A stretch of DNA of 64,000 bases from Candidatus Hadarchaeales archaeon (GCA_038736355.1 JAVYML010000003.1:214093-278092); one strand, 5' to 3'. Counted from the stretch's first letter, positions 29,976-39,865 are shown. The notes: a model not told the origin generated them from the sequence alone. Made by a program: numbers and translations.

Positions 29976-31157
29976 ATGTCCGCCAAAAAAGTAGCCTTGG
30001 CCTATTCCGGTGGCTTGGATTCCACCCTTCTCATTCCCCTCCTGAGGGAAAGGTATGGGTACGATGAAGTTATCCCCGTGCTAGTTGATGTGGGGCAGGG
30101 AGAAGAGGAAATAAAGCTGGGCTTTGAAAGGGCGGAAAAACTTGGGGCCAAGGTAAGGTTTATCGACGCCAAAAGGGAATTCGTTACCGAGTACATCCAT
30201 AGGTGTATCAAGGCCAATGGAAGTTATGAGGGATACCCCATAGGCACTTCGATGAGCAGGGTATTGATAGCCACCAAGGTAGCCGAAGTGGCGAAAAAGG
30301 AAGGTGCAGAGGCGGTGGCTCATGGGTGTACGGGGAAGGGCAACGACCAGTTTAGGGTGGAATCCGTTTTCAGATATTATCTCCCTAACACCAGGGTCAT
30401 CGCTCCTGTGAGGGAACTCAATCTTTCAAGGGCTGAGGAGGAAGAAATGTTAAGGAAATATGGGGTGGAGCCCAAAAGACCCAAAGGAAAGCTGGGTGGG
30501 GACATCAACATGTGGTCCCATTCCATAGGGAGCGGACAGGTTGAGGATCTGGTTTCACAATTCCCGGAGGACTATCTTTGGGTGGTACCACCAGAAAAGG
30601 CCCCTGACAAGCCCACGTTGGTTACCATTACCTATGAAAGGGGAGTCCCGGTGGAAGTGGATGGAATAAAGGATCCCGTAGAAATGATTTTCTATCTCAA
30701 CGAAGTGGGCGGAAAGAATGGCATAGGAATCATCGACATTCTAGAAGACGGCATGTTGGGACTAAAATCTAGAGAACTTTACGAAGCCCCCGCTGCGACC
30801 ATCCTCCTCTACACTCATGCGGATTTGGAGCACCTTACCCTAACCAAAGAGCAGTTGAGGGTGAAGAGGGAAATAGACAAGCTTTGGGCCGACCTAGTTT
30901 ATCATGCTTCTTGGTTGCATCCCCTGAAAAAAGATCTGGATGCCTTCATCGATTCCACTCAAAGAAATGTAAACGGTACAATCCAAGTAGAACTTTACAA
31001 GGGAGGAATGAGGATAGTGAAGAGAGAGTCCCCCTCTTCCCTCTTCTTGCCCCAGCTCAGATCGGTGAAACAGAAAGGTCTAGATCAAAGGGAAGCTGAA
31101 GGAATGGTCAGGCTCTTCACCCTCCAATATCAAATCTTTGGAGAAAGAGGTCTCTGA
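29976..31157 (+). CDS. argG: Argininosuccinate synthase (copy 2, divergent)
   Basis: AYSGGLDS, HGCTGKGNDQFR, GLKSRELYEAP; DINMWSHSIGSG in place of DENLWGRSIE. Confidence 0.88.
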   Translation: MSAKKVALAYSGGLDSTLLIPLLRERYGYDEVIPVLVDVGQGEEEIKLGFERAEKLGAKVRFIDAKREFVTEYIHRCIKANGSYEGYPIGTSMSRVLIATKVAEVAKKEGAEAVAHGCTGKGNDQFRVESVFRYYLPNTRVIAPVRELNLSRAEEEEMLRKYGVEPKRPKGKLGGDINMWSHSIGSGQVEDLVSQFPEDYLWVVPPEKAPDKPTLVTITYERGVPVEVDGIKDPVEMIFYLNEVGGKNGIGIIDILEDGMLGLKSRELYEAPAATILLYTHADLEHLTLTKEQLRVKREIDKLWADLVYHASWLHPLKKDLDAFIDSTQRNVNGTIQVELYKGGMRIVKRESPSSLFLPQLRSVKQKGLDQREAEGMVRLFTLQYQIFGERGL

Positions 31158-31169
31158 AGGTGAGCAACT

Positions 31170-32084
31170 CTGAAAATTCTAATCACCGATCACGTTTCTG
31201 AGGAATTTTTGAAAGAAATAGAAAAATTGGGAGAGATAGTAGTCAAGCCAGGACTCTCTGAAGAAGAGCTCTGCAGGGAGATTGAAGACTATGAAGTTTT
31301 GATAGTGAGGAGTGCTACCAAGGTAACAAGGAAAGTGATCGAAGCGGGAAAGAAACTCAAAATCGTGGCGAGGGCAGGAGTAGGAATAGACAACATCGAC
31401 GTGAAAGCTGCAGAGGAAAAAGGTGTCAGGGTGATTTACGCCCCAGAAGCCTCCAAAACTGCCGTGGCCGAACTGGTGATAGGCCTCATGCTCTGCTGGG
31501 CTAGGAAGATTCCTCAAGCCTACAAGGAAATGAAGGAAGGAAAATGGGATAGAGAGAAATTCATAGGCACTGAGCTGAAGGGAAAAACCCTTGGAGTGAT
31601 AGGGGTGGGAAGGATAGGGGGGGAAGTGGCCTTGAAGGCTTTAGCTTTTGGCATGAGGGTCTTGGGATACGACTTGGTGAGAAGAGAAGAAATGGAAAGA
31701 GCTGGGGTAAGATATGTGGATCTTCCCACCCTCCTCAAAGAAGCAGACTTTGTGAGCATTCACGTACCCCTGAATTCACAAACGGAAAGGATGATAGGAG
31801 AAAAAGAGCTTTCCCTCATGAAACCCACTGCTGTTCTGATAAATACCTCGAGAGGGAAAATCGTGGATGAAAGGGCCTTGGTCAAAGCCCTCAAGGAAAG
31901 AAAGATTGCAGGAGCTTGCTTGGACGTTTTCGAAGAAGAACCCACCAAAAACCTCGAGCTCCTTTCCCTTGAGCAGGTAATCCCCACCCCCCATTTGGGA
32001 GCCTCTACGGTTGAATCCCAAAGGAATATAGCTCTTATCCTCTCTCAGAAACTAAAGGAGTTGATGGGGGTAGAAAGGGGATGA
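31170..32084 (+). CDS. serA: D-3-phosphoglycerate dehydrogenase / D-2-hydroxyacid dehydrogenase (short form, no ACT domain)
   Basis: [49 protein letters not shown]. Start placed at CTG 31170 (see findings). Confidence 0.8.
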   Translation: MKILITDHVSEEFLKEIEKLGEIVVKPGLSEEELCREIEDYEVLIVRSATKVTRKVIEAGKKLKIVARAGVGIDNIDVKAAEEKGVRVIYAPEASKTAVAELVIGLMLCWARKIPQAYKEMKEGKWDREKFIGTELKGKTLGVIGVGRIGGEVALKALAFGMRVLGYDLVRREEMERAGVRYVDLPTLLKEADFVSIHVPLNSQTERMIGEKELSLMKPTAVLINTSRGKIVDERALVKALKERKIAGACLDVFEEEPTKNLELLSLEQVIPTPHLGASTVESQRNIALILSQKLKELMGVERG

Positions 32085-32509
32085 AAGAAAAAGAGCCTTC
32101 AGTGGTAAGACTTCGCAAGCCTACCAAGATAAAAAGGGCTAGGGCCTTGGGCTATAAGGCCAAACAGGGTGTGATAGTAGTCAGGGTAAGGGTAAGAAAG
32201 GGAGGAAGGAGGAAACCCCGACCCTCCAGGGGTAGGAAGCCCAGTAAGATGGGAGTTCTAAAATTCACTCCACGCAAAAGCCTTCAATGGATAGCCGAGG
32301 AAAGAGCAGCCAGAAAATACCCCAACTTGGAGGTCCTCAACTCCTATTGGGTGGATTCCGATGGAAAGAACGAGTATTTCGAGGTGATATTGATCGATCC
32401 CCACCATCCTGCAATTAAAAGCGATCCACAACTCTCACAGATAAAAGCTAGGGGAAGAGTCTTCAGAGGACTTACCGCGGCAGGGAGGAAGGCTAGGGGA
32501 CTCCTTTGA
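32081..32509 (+). CDS. rpl15e: 50S ribosomal protein L15e (short form)
   Basis: [60 protein letters not shown]. Confidence 0.93.
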   Translation: MKEKEPSVVRLRKPTKIKRARALGYKAKQGVIVVRVRVRKGGRRKPRPSRGRKPSKMGVLKFTPRKSLQWIAEERAARKYPNLEVLNSYWVDSDGKNEYFEVILIDPHHPAIKSDPQLSQIKARGRVFRGLTAAGRKARGLL

Positions 32510-32529
32510 AAGGGATCAGTAGGGATGGG

Positions 32530-32976
32530 ATGAAGCCTCCCATTAGGGAAGTGACCGTAAAGGTACTGGTACATGCCACGGAAGACGAAAACAAAATCAT
32601 GGAAGCCTTGAAGAACTTTCTTCCCGCCAAGATAAGGGTGGAGAGGGTCGAATTGGAAGGGCATTATGGTAATCCCTTGGTGCTTCTGAAGGCTAGGGTG
32701 AAGGGGAAGGAGATGGAGGAGGTATTATCCTTCTTCTTGGATAAGATCGAAAATCTAGCTTCCCTCTTTCCTAAGTTTGACCAACACTTGGATAAGGAGG
32801 GAAACCTCTACCTGAGGCTGGACAAACAGGAAGCCTGTAGGGGAAGGTGGGTACTAAAGGGGGGAGATGAGGTAATACACTTGACTTTGAAAAGCGGAAG
32901 TTTGAAGAAAAAGGAGCTTTTGGAGTTTCTCAGGACCAAGGGAGGAAAATGGAAAGGGTCAGGAGAAGATACATAG
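32530..32976 (+). CDS. Predicted exosome-associated RNA-binding protein (COG1325-like)
   Basis: VHATED..K, GHYGNP, YLRLDKQ; canonical position after L15e. Confidence 0.82.
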   Translation: MKPPIREVTVKVLVHATEDENKIMEALKNFLPAKIRVERVELEGHYGNPLVLLKARVKGKEMEEVLSFFLDKIENLASLFPKFDQHLDKEGNLYLRLDKQEACRGRWVLKGGDEVIHLTLKSGSLKKKELLEFLRTKGGKWKGSGEDT

Positions 32977-33236
32977 TTTTGGAACTAAAGAATCAGGGGG
33001 AAAAATCTTGGCATGAAGGATGGAGGATCCTACTGGAAAAAAACCCCAGCTTAAAGCATCCCCTTCTAAAACTGATCCCCATTCATCCACGCTGGGTACT
33101 CCTGCGTTGTGGTCATAAGCAGGTGGGGGAACTCAAACGACTTCTGGCCTCTTGGGAAGGGGTGAAAGTATTGGGGGTTTCAGGCACTATGAAGAGTGCG
33201 AAGAGAAAGTTCCTACGAGATAAGGGATATTCATGA
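32949..33236 (+). CDS. RNase P protein Pop5/Rpp14 homolog (short)
   Basis: RRRYIV start and C-terminal VLGVSGTMKSA; canonical position before psmA. Confidence 0.75.
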   Translation: MERVRRRYIVLELKNQGEKSWHEGWRILLEKNPSLKHPLLKLIPIHPRWVLLRCGHKQVGELKRLLASWEGVKVLGVSGTMKSAKRKFLRDKGYS

Positions 33237-33259
33237 GCGCTAAACGTGGGACGATGGGG

Positions 33260-33286
33260 TTAAATATGAACTCATCTGATTAAATA
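33260..33286 (+). promoter_or_regulatory. Tandem TTAAATA TATA-like boxes upstream of psmA (possible internal promoter)
   Basis: TTAAATA at 33260-33266 and 33280-33286 in one of the few gaps of the superoperon. Confidence 0.4.
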
Positions 33287-33295
33287 AGACCTGAT

Positions 33296-34018
33296 ATGGT
33301 TTTCCCACCCCCAGGAGCGGGATACGACCGGGCCATAACGGTCTTCAGCCCCGACGGAAAGCTCTTCCAAGTGCAGTATGCCCAAGAAGCCGTAAAGAAG
33401 GGATTAACCGCCCTCGGGATAAAAGCCAAGGATGGGATCGTTTTGGCGGCGGAAAGAAGGCTGAGGAACAAACTTGCCGAGGAATATTCCATCGAGAAGA
33501 TCTTTCAAATAGACGAACACGTGGGGGCGGCAGCCTCCGGTCTGATAGCAGATGCCAGGGTCCTTATCGAAAATGCGAGAATAGAAGCCCAAATAAATAG
33601 ACTGAGGTACGATGAACCTATCAGTGTACAGTCCATAGCCAAACATATAGGGGACTTAAAGCAGCTCTACACCCAACACGGAGGAGTAAGACCTTTCGGG
33701 GTCAGGCTTCTCATAGGTGGAATAGATAGGGATGGCCCCCACCTTTTTGAAACGGATCCAAGTGGCGTGGTGGCAGCTTACAAGGCCCAAGCCATAGGAG
33801 GGGGTGCACCAACCGTCTTGGAATTCCTGGAAAAGGAATACGTAGAAAAAATTAGTTTGGAAGAAGCGGTGCTTTTAGCCTTTAGAGCCCTTCGGCTAGT
33901 GGTGGAAGGAGAGCTTGAGCCTTCCAAGCTAGAAGCCGCCATCATCCCCCTCAAAACCAGGAAATTCCAAAAGCTCACCAATGAAGAGATTGCCGAATAT
34001 CTCTCCAAGTTGAAGTAG
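33296..34018 (+). CDS. psmA: Proteasome alpha subunit
   Basis: YDRAITVFSPDGKLFQVQYA, SGLIADAR, TQHGGVRPFG, TDPSG. Confidence 0.97.
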   Translation: MVFPPPGAGYDRAITVFSPDGKLFQVQYAQEAVKKGLTALGIKAKDGIVLAAERRLRNKLAEEYSIEKIFQIDEHVGAAASGLIADARVLIENARIEAQINRLRYDEPISVQSIAKHIGDLKQLYTQHGGVRPFGVRLLIGGIDRDGPHLFETDPSGVVAAYKAQAIGGGAPTVLEFLEKEYVEKISLEEAVLLAFRALRLVVEGELEPSKLEAAIIPLKTRKFQKLTNEEIAEYLSKLK

Positions 34019-34028
34019 TGGGGAGAAA

Positions 34029-34721
34029 ATGGTAAAGCTGGAAGAAGCCGTCGTGGCCAGACTTTCCATTCAAGGGATGAATTTTGAGATACTAGTGGAT
34101 CCAAGGTTGGTGGAGGTCTTCAAGGAGGGTAAACCCGTGGAAATGAGTGAGCTTTTGGCCGTGGAAAAGGTCTTTAAAGATGCCAGTAAAGGGGAAACGG
34201 CTTCGAGAGAGGCTCTGCTGAAGGCTTTCGGAACCGACGATGTGAGAAAAATAACTGAACAAATCCTCCAGAAGGGAAAGATCCAGCTCACCACCGAACA
34301 AAGGAAGAAAATGAGGGAGGAAAAATTGAAGCAAATAGCTTCCATCATCGCCAAGAGGGCCATCAATCCACAAACGGGTCTCCCCCATCCACCTACAAGG
34401 GTAGAAGAGGCCATAAGGCAAGCTAAGGTGGGGATAGACGAGTTCAAAAAAGCTGAGGATCAACTTCCCGCCGTGTTGAAAGCCATTCAATCCATTCTTC
34501 CCCTTAAGTTCGAGACGAGAAGAATAGCTATCAAAATCCCACCAGCCTATGCGGGTAAGTCTTTACATGCCATCAGAAACATGGCTGAGGTGAAGAAGGA
34601 GGAATGGCTCTCCGATGGTTCTTTGGTACTACTGGTGGAAATTCCAGCAGGTTTCCAACCAGAGTTTTTCGACAGACTGAACGATCTCACCAGGGGAGAA
34701 GCCCAGACTAAGGTGTTGTGA
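34029..34721 (+). CDS. Ribosome maturation factor SBDS/Sdo1
   Basis: FEILVDP, FKDASKG, QLTTEQR, INPQTGLPHPPTR. Confidence 0.94.
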   Translation: MVKLEEAVVARLSIQGMNFEILVDPRLVEVFKEGKPVEMSELLAVEKVFKDASKGETASREALLKAFGTDDVRKITEQILQKGKIQLTTEQRKKMREEKLKQIASIIAKRAINPQTGLPHPPTRVEEAIRQAKVGIDEFKKAEDQLPAVLKAIQSILPLKFETRRIAIKIPPAYAGKSLHAIRNMAEVKKEEWLSDGSLVLLVEIPAGFQPEFFDRLNDLTRGEAQTKVL

Positions 34722-35401
34722 TGCTCTTTGTAAGTAACCGTGAATTGGTAGTTCCAGGCAAGCTACTGGCCGACGAGGAATACCAAGCTGGGGAAGGTAC
34801 CTTCATAGAAAATGGGAAGATTTTCTCTGCCGTGGTGGGGTTAGCAGAAGTGAGGGATAAAAGCGTTGGTGTGATCTCCCTCCAAGGTAGGTACATACCC
34901 AGACAGGGTGATAAGGTGATTGGTATTGTCATAGACACCCATCCCTTTGGGTGGATTGTGGACCTGAACTCCCCTTATACGGGCAACCTCATGGTATCCG
35001 ACTTGGTGGGAAGGAAAGTGGATGTCTTCAAAGAAGACCTGGGGAAGTTCTTGAAGATTGGTGATGCCGTAATAGCTGAGGTGAGAAAAGTGGACGAAAG
35101 ATGGAGGGTACAGCTAATTGCCTCAGAAAGAGGACTGGGAAAAATAAGGGGGGGAAGACTGGTAGAAATAAGCCCTGCTAAGGTCCCAAGGGTAATAGGA
35201 AGGAGAGGTTCTATGCTCAAGGTATTGGAAGAAACCACGGGTTGCAAGTTGGAGGTGGGGCTCAACGGGAGGATATTGGTTAGGGGAAAGGATCCCAAAA
35301 AAATCAACTCGGTGGTGGAAGCTATATTGTTAATAGAAAGAGAAGCACATTTATCTGGACTTACGGATAGAATAAAAGCCAAACTGGAGAAGGAAAGATG
35401 A
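34718..35401 (+). CDS. rrp4: Exosome RNA-binding subunit Rrp4
   Basis: LVVPG, GRYIP..GD.VIG S1 domain, KVPRVIG..GSM KH domain, EAHLSGLTD. Confidence 0.94.
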   Translation: MMLFVSNRELVVPGKLLADEEYQAGEGTFIENGKIFSAVVGLAEVRDKSVGVISLQGRYIPRQGDKVIGIVIDTHPFGWIVDLNSPYTGNLMVSDLVGRKVDVFKEDLGKFLKIGDAVIAEVRKVDERWRVQLIASERGLGKIRGGRLVEISPAKVPRVIGRRGSMLKVLEETTGCKLEVGLNGRILVRGKDPKKINSVVEAILLIEREAHLSGLTDRIKAKLEKER

Positions 35402-36129
35402 TGACGGGAAAACCCGAAAGGCTAATAGTGGATGGAAGGAGGCTAGACGGGAGGTTACCCGACGAGCTTAGACCACTACGCATTAAAGCAGGGATTTTGA
35501 AGCGTGCCGATGGCTCAGCGTACATAGAACTGGGAAAAAACAAGATCTTAGCCGCCGTTTATGGTCCCAAAGAAATGCATCCAAGACACCTTCAACAGGC
35601 TGACGTGGCCGTACTCCGTTGCAGGTATAACATGGCACCTTTCTCCGTAGAGGAGAGGAAAAGGCCAGGACCTGATAGGAGGTCCATGGAAATCTCCAAA
35701 GTGATAAGGGAGGCCCTAGAGCCAGTACTCTTCCTTCACCTCTATCCCAGGGCGGTGATAGACGTCTTTATCGAAATCCTCCAGGCAGATGCTGGAACCA
35801 GAACGGCAGGGATCACTGCTGCCTCGGTTGCCCTTGCCGATGCGGGTATTCCCATGAGGGATTTAGTAGCGGGGATTTCAGCCGGAAAGGTGGATGGCGT
35901 GGTGGTTTTGGATTTGATGAAAGAGGAGGACCAATGGGGAGAGGCCGATATGCCTATAGCGGTAATGCCCAGGAGAAAGCAGATCACTCTCCTTCAAATG
36001 GATGGAAACTTGACCCCAGAAGAATTCAGGCAGGCACTGGATCTTGCCTTCAAAGGAATAGAAAAGATTTACGAGGTGCAAAAGGAGGCCTTGAAGGAAA
36101 AATACCTGCCCATGGAGGAAGAAAGATGA
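35398..36129 (+). CDS. rrp41: Exosome catalytic subunit Rrp41
   Basis: RLDGR, ADGSAY, YNMAPFS, DRRS.EISK, QADAGTR, DMP, LLQMDG. Confidence 0.95.
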   Translation: MMTGKPERLIVDGRRLDGRLPDELRPLRIKAGILKRADGSAYIELGKNKILAAVYGPKEMHPRHLQQADVAVLRCRYNMAPFSVEERKRPGPDRRSMEISKVIREALEPVLFLHLYPRAVIDVFIEILQADAGTRTAGITAASVALADAGIPMRDLVAGISAGKVDGVVVLDLMKEEDQWGEADMPIAVMPRRKQITLLQMDGNLTPEEFRQALDLAFKGIEKIYEVQKEALKEKYLPMEEER

Positions 36130-36887
36130 AGGAACTTATAGCGAGTGTGAAGAGGGAATATCTGGCGGAGCTCGCCAGTCAAGGGAAGAGAATAGATGGA
36201 AGGGCCCTAGACCAATACAGGGAAATCAAGATAGAGAGGGGAGTGATAGGAACCGCACAAGGTTCAGCACTGGTCAAGCTGGGTAATACCCAAGTGATGG
36301 TGGGAGTAAAATTGGAAAAGGGGGAACCCTTCCCGGACACTCCCAATGCCGGCATTCTGGTAGTAAATGCTGAACTACTCCCGTTGGCCTCGCCTACCTT
36401 TGAACCCGGTCCACCCAACGAGAATGCCATAGAACTAGCCAGGGTAGTGGATAGAACGATAAGGGAATCCCAGATGATAGACCTGGAAAAGCTCTGTATC
36501 AAGGAGGGTGAGGAAGTCTGGGCGGTCTTCGTGGATATCTACGTTCTCGATCATGATGGAAATCTCATAGATGCCTCCGTGCTTGCGAGTGTGGCGGCCC
36601 TTTACGACGTTAAACCTCCAACCTCAGAAGAATGGACCCTCCCCGCCTTCCCCGTAAGGGGCAAACCCGTTGCGGTAACTGTGGTAAAACTCAATGGAGT
36701 AATGATGGTAGATGCCGGACTTGAGGAAGAAAACACGGCAGATGCCCGTCTGACCATTTCAACCCTAGAGAACGGAAACATTTGTGCCATGCAAAAGGGG
36801 GGGAGTGGATTCTTCAGCAGGGAAGAGGTAGAAAGGGCCTATGAGCTTGCAAGAAAATGTGGAGAAGAACTGAGGAGGAAGCTGTGA
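36126..36887 (+). CDS. rrp42: Exosome subunit Rrp42
   Basis: [44 protein letters not shown]. Start trimmed to ATG 36126. Confidence 0.94.
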   Translation: MKELIASVKREYLAELASQGKRIDGRALDQYREIKIERGVIGTAQGSALVKLGNTQVMVGVKLEKGEPFPDTPNAGILVVNAELLPLASPTFEPGPPNENAIELARVVDRTIRESQMIDLEKLCIKEGEEVWAVFVDIYVLDHDGNLIDASVLASVAALYDVKPPTSEEWTLPAFPVRGKPVAVTVVKLNGVMMVDAGLEEENTADARLTISTLENGNICAMQKGGSGFFSREEVERAYELARKCGEELRRKL

Positions 36888-36891
36888 GAGG

Positions 36892-37128
36892 ATGGGAAGG
36901 ACGAAAAAGGTGGGAGCGGCCGGGAAATACGGTCCCAGGTATGGGTTGAAGGACAGAAGGCTTGTGGCGAAGATAGAGGCTGAAAAAGCTGGAAGGAAGG
37001 TCTGTCCCTCATGTGGAGCCAAAAAGCTTAAGAGAACCAGTACTGGTATTTGGGAATGTTTTAAATGCGGGAGTAAATTTGCCGGTCAAGCCTATCGCCC
37101 ACCCTCAACGGGGGGCACCGGAGGATGA
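36892..37128 (+). CDS. rpl37ae: 50S ribosomal protein L37Ae
   Basis: TKKVGAAGKYGPRYG, CPSC...TGIWECFKC. Confidence 0.95.
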   Translation: MGRTKKVGAAGKYGPRYGLKDRRLVAKIEAEKAGRKVCPSCGAKKLKRTSTGIWECFKCGSKFAGQAYRPPSTGGTGG

Positions 37129-37132
37129 GGAG

Positions 37133-37264
37133 ATGTACAAGTGCTATAGGTGTGGCGAAATCATAGAAATACAAAAACTTGAAAGGATAGTTTGTCCGCA
37201 CTGCGGTTTCAGGATTTTCTATAAGGTACGTCAACCCGTAGTGCGTAGGGTAAAGGCTAGGTGA
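37133..37264 (+). CDS. rpoP: RNA polymerase subunit P (Rpo12)
   Basis: MYKCYRCG...CPHCGFRIFYKVR...VKAR; ATG 37133 after GAGGAG. Confidence 0.92.
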   Translation: MYKCYRCGEIIEIQKLERIVCPHCGFRIFYKVRQPVVRRVKAR

Positions 37265-37268
37265 AGAA

Positions 37269-37550
37269 ATGACGGTTTATTCCAAAGCAGAGGTGGAAAT
37301 GTTGTTTTCCTCCCCAAGCTTAGCAGAGAAGGCTTATGTAGCCCTGAAACCTGAAGAAGCTTTACCTGGAAAGGAAAGGAGCATAGTCAAGTTCCTGAGG
37401 AGGGGGAGGATTCTAAAACTGGAAATTAGGGCAAGGGATACACCCTCCTTGCGTGCAGCCCTGAACTCCCTCCTCAGATTGGTGGCGGTAGTGCGTGATA
37501 TGATAGAACTAAAGGAGGAAGAAAGATGGAGGAACTCCCCCCGCAATTGA
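37269..37550 (+). CDS. pcc1: KEOPS complex subunit Pcc1
   Basis: AL.PE, LEIRARD..SLRAALNS.LR; canonical position before prefoldin beta. Confidence 0.88.
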   Translation: MTVYSKAEVEMLFSSPSLAEKAYVALKPEEALPGKERSIVKFLRRGRILKLEIRARDTPSLRAALNSLLRLVAVVRDMIELKEEERWRNSPRN

Positions 37551-37882
37551 AACACATGGTAGCACAATACCAGCAGGCCCAGCAACATGCGCAAGCATTG
37601 GCTGCACAGAGACAGCAGTTGGAATTGCTATTGCTGGAGACCAAAAAGGCGGTAGAAGAATTGGAAAAGAGTCCCCAAGACGCGGCTGTTTATAAAGGTG
37701 TGGGACCCCTTCTGATTAGGGCCAACAAGGAAGAACTCAAAAAGGAACTCGAAGAGCAACGGGAAACCTTGGAGTTGAGGGTAAAAACTCTGGAACGACA
37801 AGAAGAAAGGGTAACGGAAAGACTGAGAGAGTTACAACAGAAATTGGAGGAGGCTCTTAAAACCAGAAGGACTGAAGCTTGA
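37526..37882 (+). CDS. pfdB: Prefoldin beta subunit
   Basis: LPPQ start, Q-rich coiled coil, VYKGVG.LLI hairpin, ELRVKTLERQE. Confidence 0.93.
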   Translation: MEELPPQLKHMVAQYQQAQQHAQALAAQRQQLELLLLETKKAVEELEKSPQDAAVYKGVGPLLIRANKEELKKELEEQRETLELRVKTLERQEERVTERLRELQQKLEEALKTRRTEA

Positions 37883-38859
37883 CTCCTCAGAGAAAGGTCG
37901 CAGAACTCCTGCTGGCCCAGGCAAAGAAAGGTGGGAGAATCCTCTTTCTCTCCCACCAACAGGCAGATCCGGATGGGGTAGCAAGCGCCATCGTTCTTTC
38001 AGAGGTTTTGGAATCCCTGGGAGCAAAGACGGAAGTGGTGATCCCTGAAGGTATGAACAAGCTTGCCCAGCTCTTGCTAGAAAAATATGGTAGGGAGGTG
38101 AGTACTTCAACCTCCCTCGAAGCTGACTTGGTGGTGATAGTCGATGCCTCCAGCTTCCAGCACGTTGGGAAAATGGGGGAGGAAATAAGGGGAAAACCTA
38201 TCCTTCTAATAGACCACCATTCCGAGGTTGAGGGCATGAAGGAGGAAGTAGAATGCTCTTGGGTGGAGGAGAAAATCACCTCCTCTGCGGAGATGGTCCT
38301 GCTCCTCCTCAAGGAAATGGGAAAACCCCCTTCCGCTGATCAGGCCAATCTCCTCTTAGCGGGAATCCTCACCGACACTGCTGGACTGAAGTTGGCCTGT
38401 AACTCCACGCTGGAAACCGTTTGTGAGCTGATAAAACATGGTGCCGATTATAGGAAGCTGCTGGAGCTCCTGAAGTTACCGGAAGATAGATCCAAACGCA
38501 TAGCCATGCTCAAAGCCGCACAAAGGATGGAACTCAAGGCCTTCAACGATTATTTGGTGGTTTTTTCTGAACTCAGCGCTTTCGAGGCAGATGCGGCCTC
38601 CGCCCTCCTCAGACTGGGAGCAGATCTCAGCTTCGTGGGTTCGGAGGAAAAGGGGGAATTCAGAATTTCTGGGAGGGCTACGCCAGAGATCTGCGAGACC
38701 AAGGGACTTCATTTGGGTATGCTCATGCAAGAGGTGGCAAAAACTTTTGAGGGTTCTGGAGGGGGACATGCAGGAGCTGCCAGCGCTACGGGAAAAGGAA
38801 ATCTTGGGGAAGTCAAGAAATTCATTCTGAAACGTTTGCAGGAAATCTTGGGATCTTAG
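37879..38859 (+). CDS. DHH/DHHA1 family phosphoesterase
   Basis: H..ADPD, IVD, IDHH, GILTDT, GGGHAGAA. Confidence 0.9.
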   Translation: MTPQRKVAELLLAQAKKGGRILFLSHQQADPDGVASAIVLSEVLESLGAKTEVVIPEGMNKLAQLLLEKYGREVSTSTSLEADLVVIVDASSFQHVGKMGEEIRGKPILLIDHHSEVEGMKEEVECSWVEEKITSSAEMVLLLLKEMGKPPSADQANLLLAGILTDTAGLKLACNSTLETVCELIKHGADYRKLLELLKLPEDRSKRIAMLKAAQRMELKAFNDYLVVFSELSAFEADAASALLRLGADLSFVGSEEKGEFRISGRATPEICETKGLHLGMLMQEVAKTFEGSGGGHAGAASATGKGNLGEVKKFILKRLQEILGS

Positions 38860-39776
38860 ACCCAATCCAACCAATGCTCAAAACCCTTTTCCTCTCCCCT
38901 CACCACCCTGAAATACAACTCCTGTAGCCTGGCCGTTATTTCCCCCCTTATTCCCTTGCCTATGGGATGACCCTCTACTTCCCTTATGGGTGTGACTTCA
39001 GCTGCCGTACCCGTGAAAAAGGCTTCATCTGCTTTGTACAGCCTTTCCAGGGAGATGGGTTCTTCCTTGGCGGGTATACCCTCCCTCATCGCCAGTTGGA
39101 GGACGGAGTCCCTAGTGATGCCAGGTAAAGCACATTCCGAAATTGGAGGGGTAATCAACACCCCCCTTTCCACTATGAAGATGTTCTCGCCAGGCCCCTC
39201 CGAGATATTGCCGGAAAGATTGAGCATGAGGGCCTCATCATATCCATTATCCAACGCATCCAGCTTGGCCAGGATGGAGTTGGCATAGTTTGCCACCAGC
39301 TTGGCGTGGGGGGGAAGGATGGAGGGGTGAATCCTGCGGTAGGGGGAAATCTTCACCCTCACCCCGTTCTTGAGTCCTTCTTCACCCAGGTAGGTTCCCC
39401 ATCGCCAAGCCGCTATCGCCACCCTCACCGGGGCTCCTCTAGGACTCAAACCCATGACCCCGTATCCGCAATAGGCGATGGGTCTTATGTAACACTCCTC
39501 CAGCCCGTTCTCCCTAACCACGAGTTTGGCAGCTTCTATCAGCTCTTCCACCGAATAAGGAAGCTTCATTCCCACTATTTCTGCAGAGCGTCTAAGTCTT
39601 TCCATGTGATCCTTGAGTCTGAAGATGGCCGGACCTCTAGAAGTCCTGTAACATCTTATTCCCTCAAAAACCCCATAACCGTAGTGGAGGGTATGGGTGA
39701 GGAGATGTACTTTAGCTTCTTCCCAGGGCACCAGCTCTCCATCCATCCAAATGAACTTGGTTGGATTGATACTCAT
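38856..39776 (-). CDS. ilvE: Branched-chain amino acid aminotransferase
   Basis: LHYGYGVFEGIRCY, YIRP, EGPGEN, LPGITR, GTAAEVTP. Confidence 0.95.
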   Translation of the reverse strand: MSINPTKFIWMDGELVPWEEAKVHLLTHTLHYGYGVFEGIRCYRTSRGPAIFRLKDHMERLRRSAEIVGMKLPYSVEELIEAAKLVVRENGLEECYIRPIAYCGYGVMGLSPRGAPVRVAIAAWRWGTYLGEEGLKNGVRVKISPYRRIHPSILPPHAKLVANYANSILAKLDALDNGYDEALMLNLSGNISEGPGENIFIVERGVLITPPISECALPGITRDSVLQLAMREGIPAKEEPISLERLYKADEAFFTGTAAEVTPIREVEGHPIGKGIRGEITARLQELYFRVVRGEEKGFEHWLDWV

Positions 39777-39865
39777 TCAATTTTCCTAAAAAATTTTGGC
39801 TAAAAGAGGTTTTTGGGAAAGCCTACACCTCTATAAGGACTCACCCTCCAAATTATAAGACGGGC

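Noticed and set aside
32507..32533. TGA readthrough or selenocysteine extending L15e
   Set aside because: It would add only KGSVGMG before another stop, would not restore the conserved tail, and no SECIS-like element is evident.
33245..33296. Possible box C/D sRNA (two CTGA boxes) upstream of psmA
   Set aside because: No good C box, and only 11 nt lie between the two CTGA motifs, leaving no room for C' plus a guide. It is better explained as promoter sequence.
39805..39832. AGAGGT...ACCTCT inverted repeat between ilvE and the membrane-protein gene
   Set aside because: A 6-bp stem with a poorly paired interior; expected by chance.
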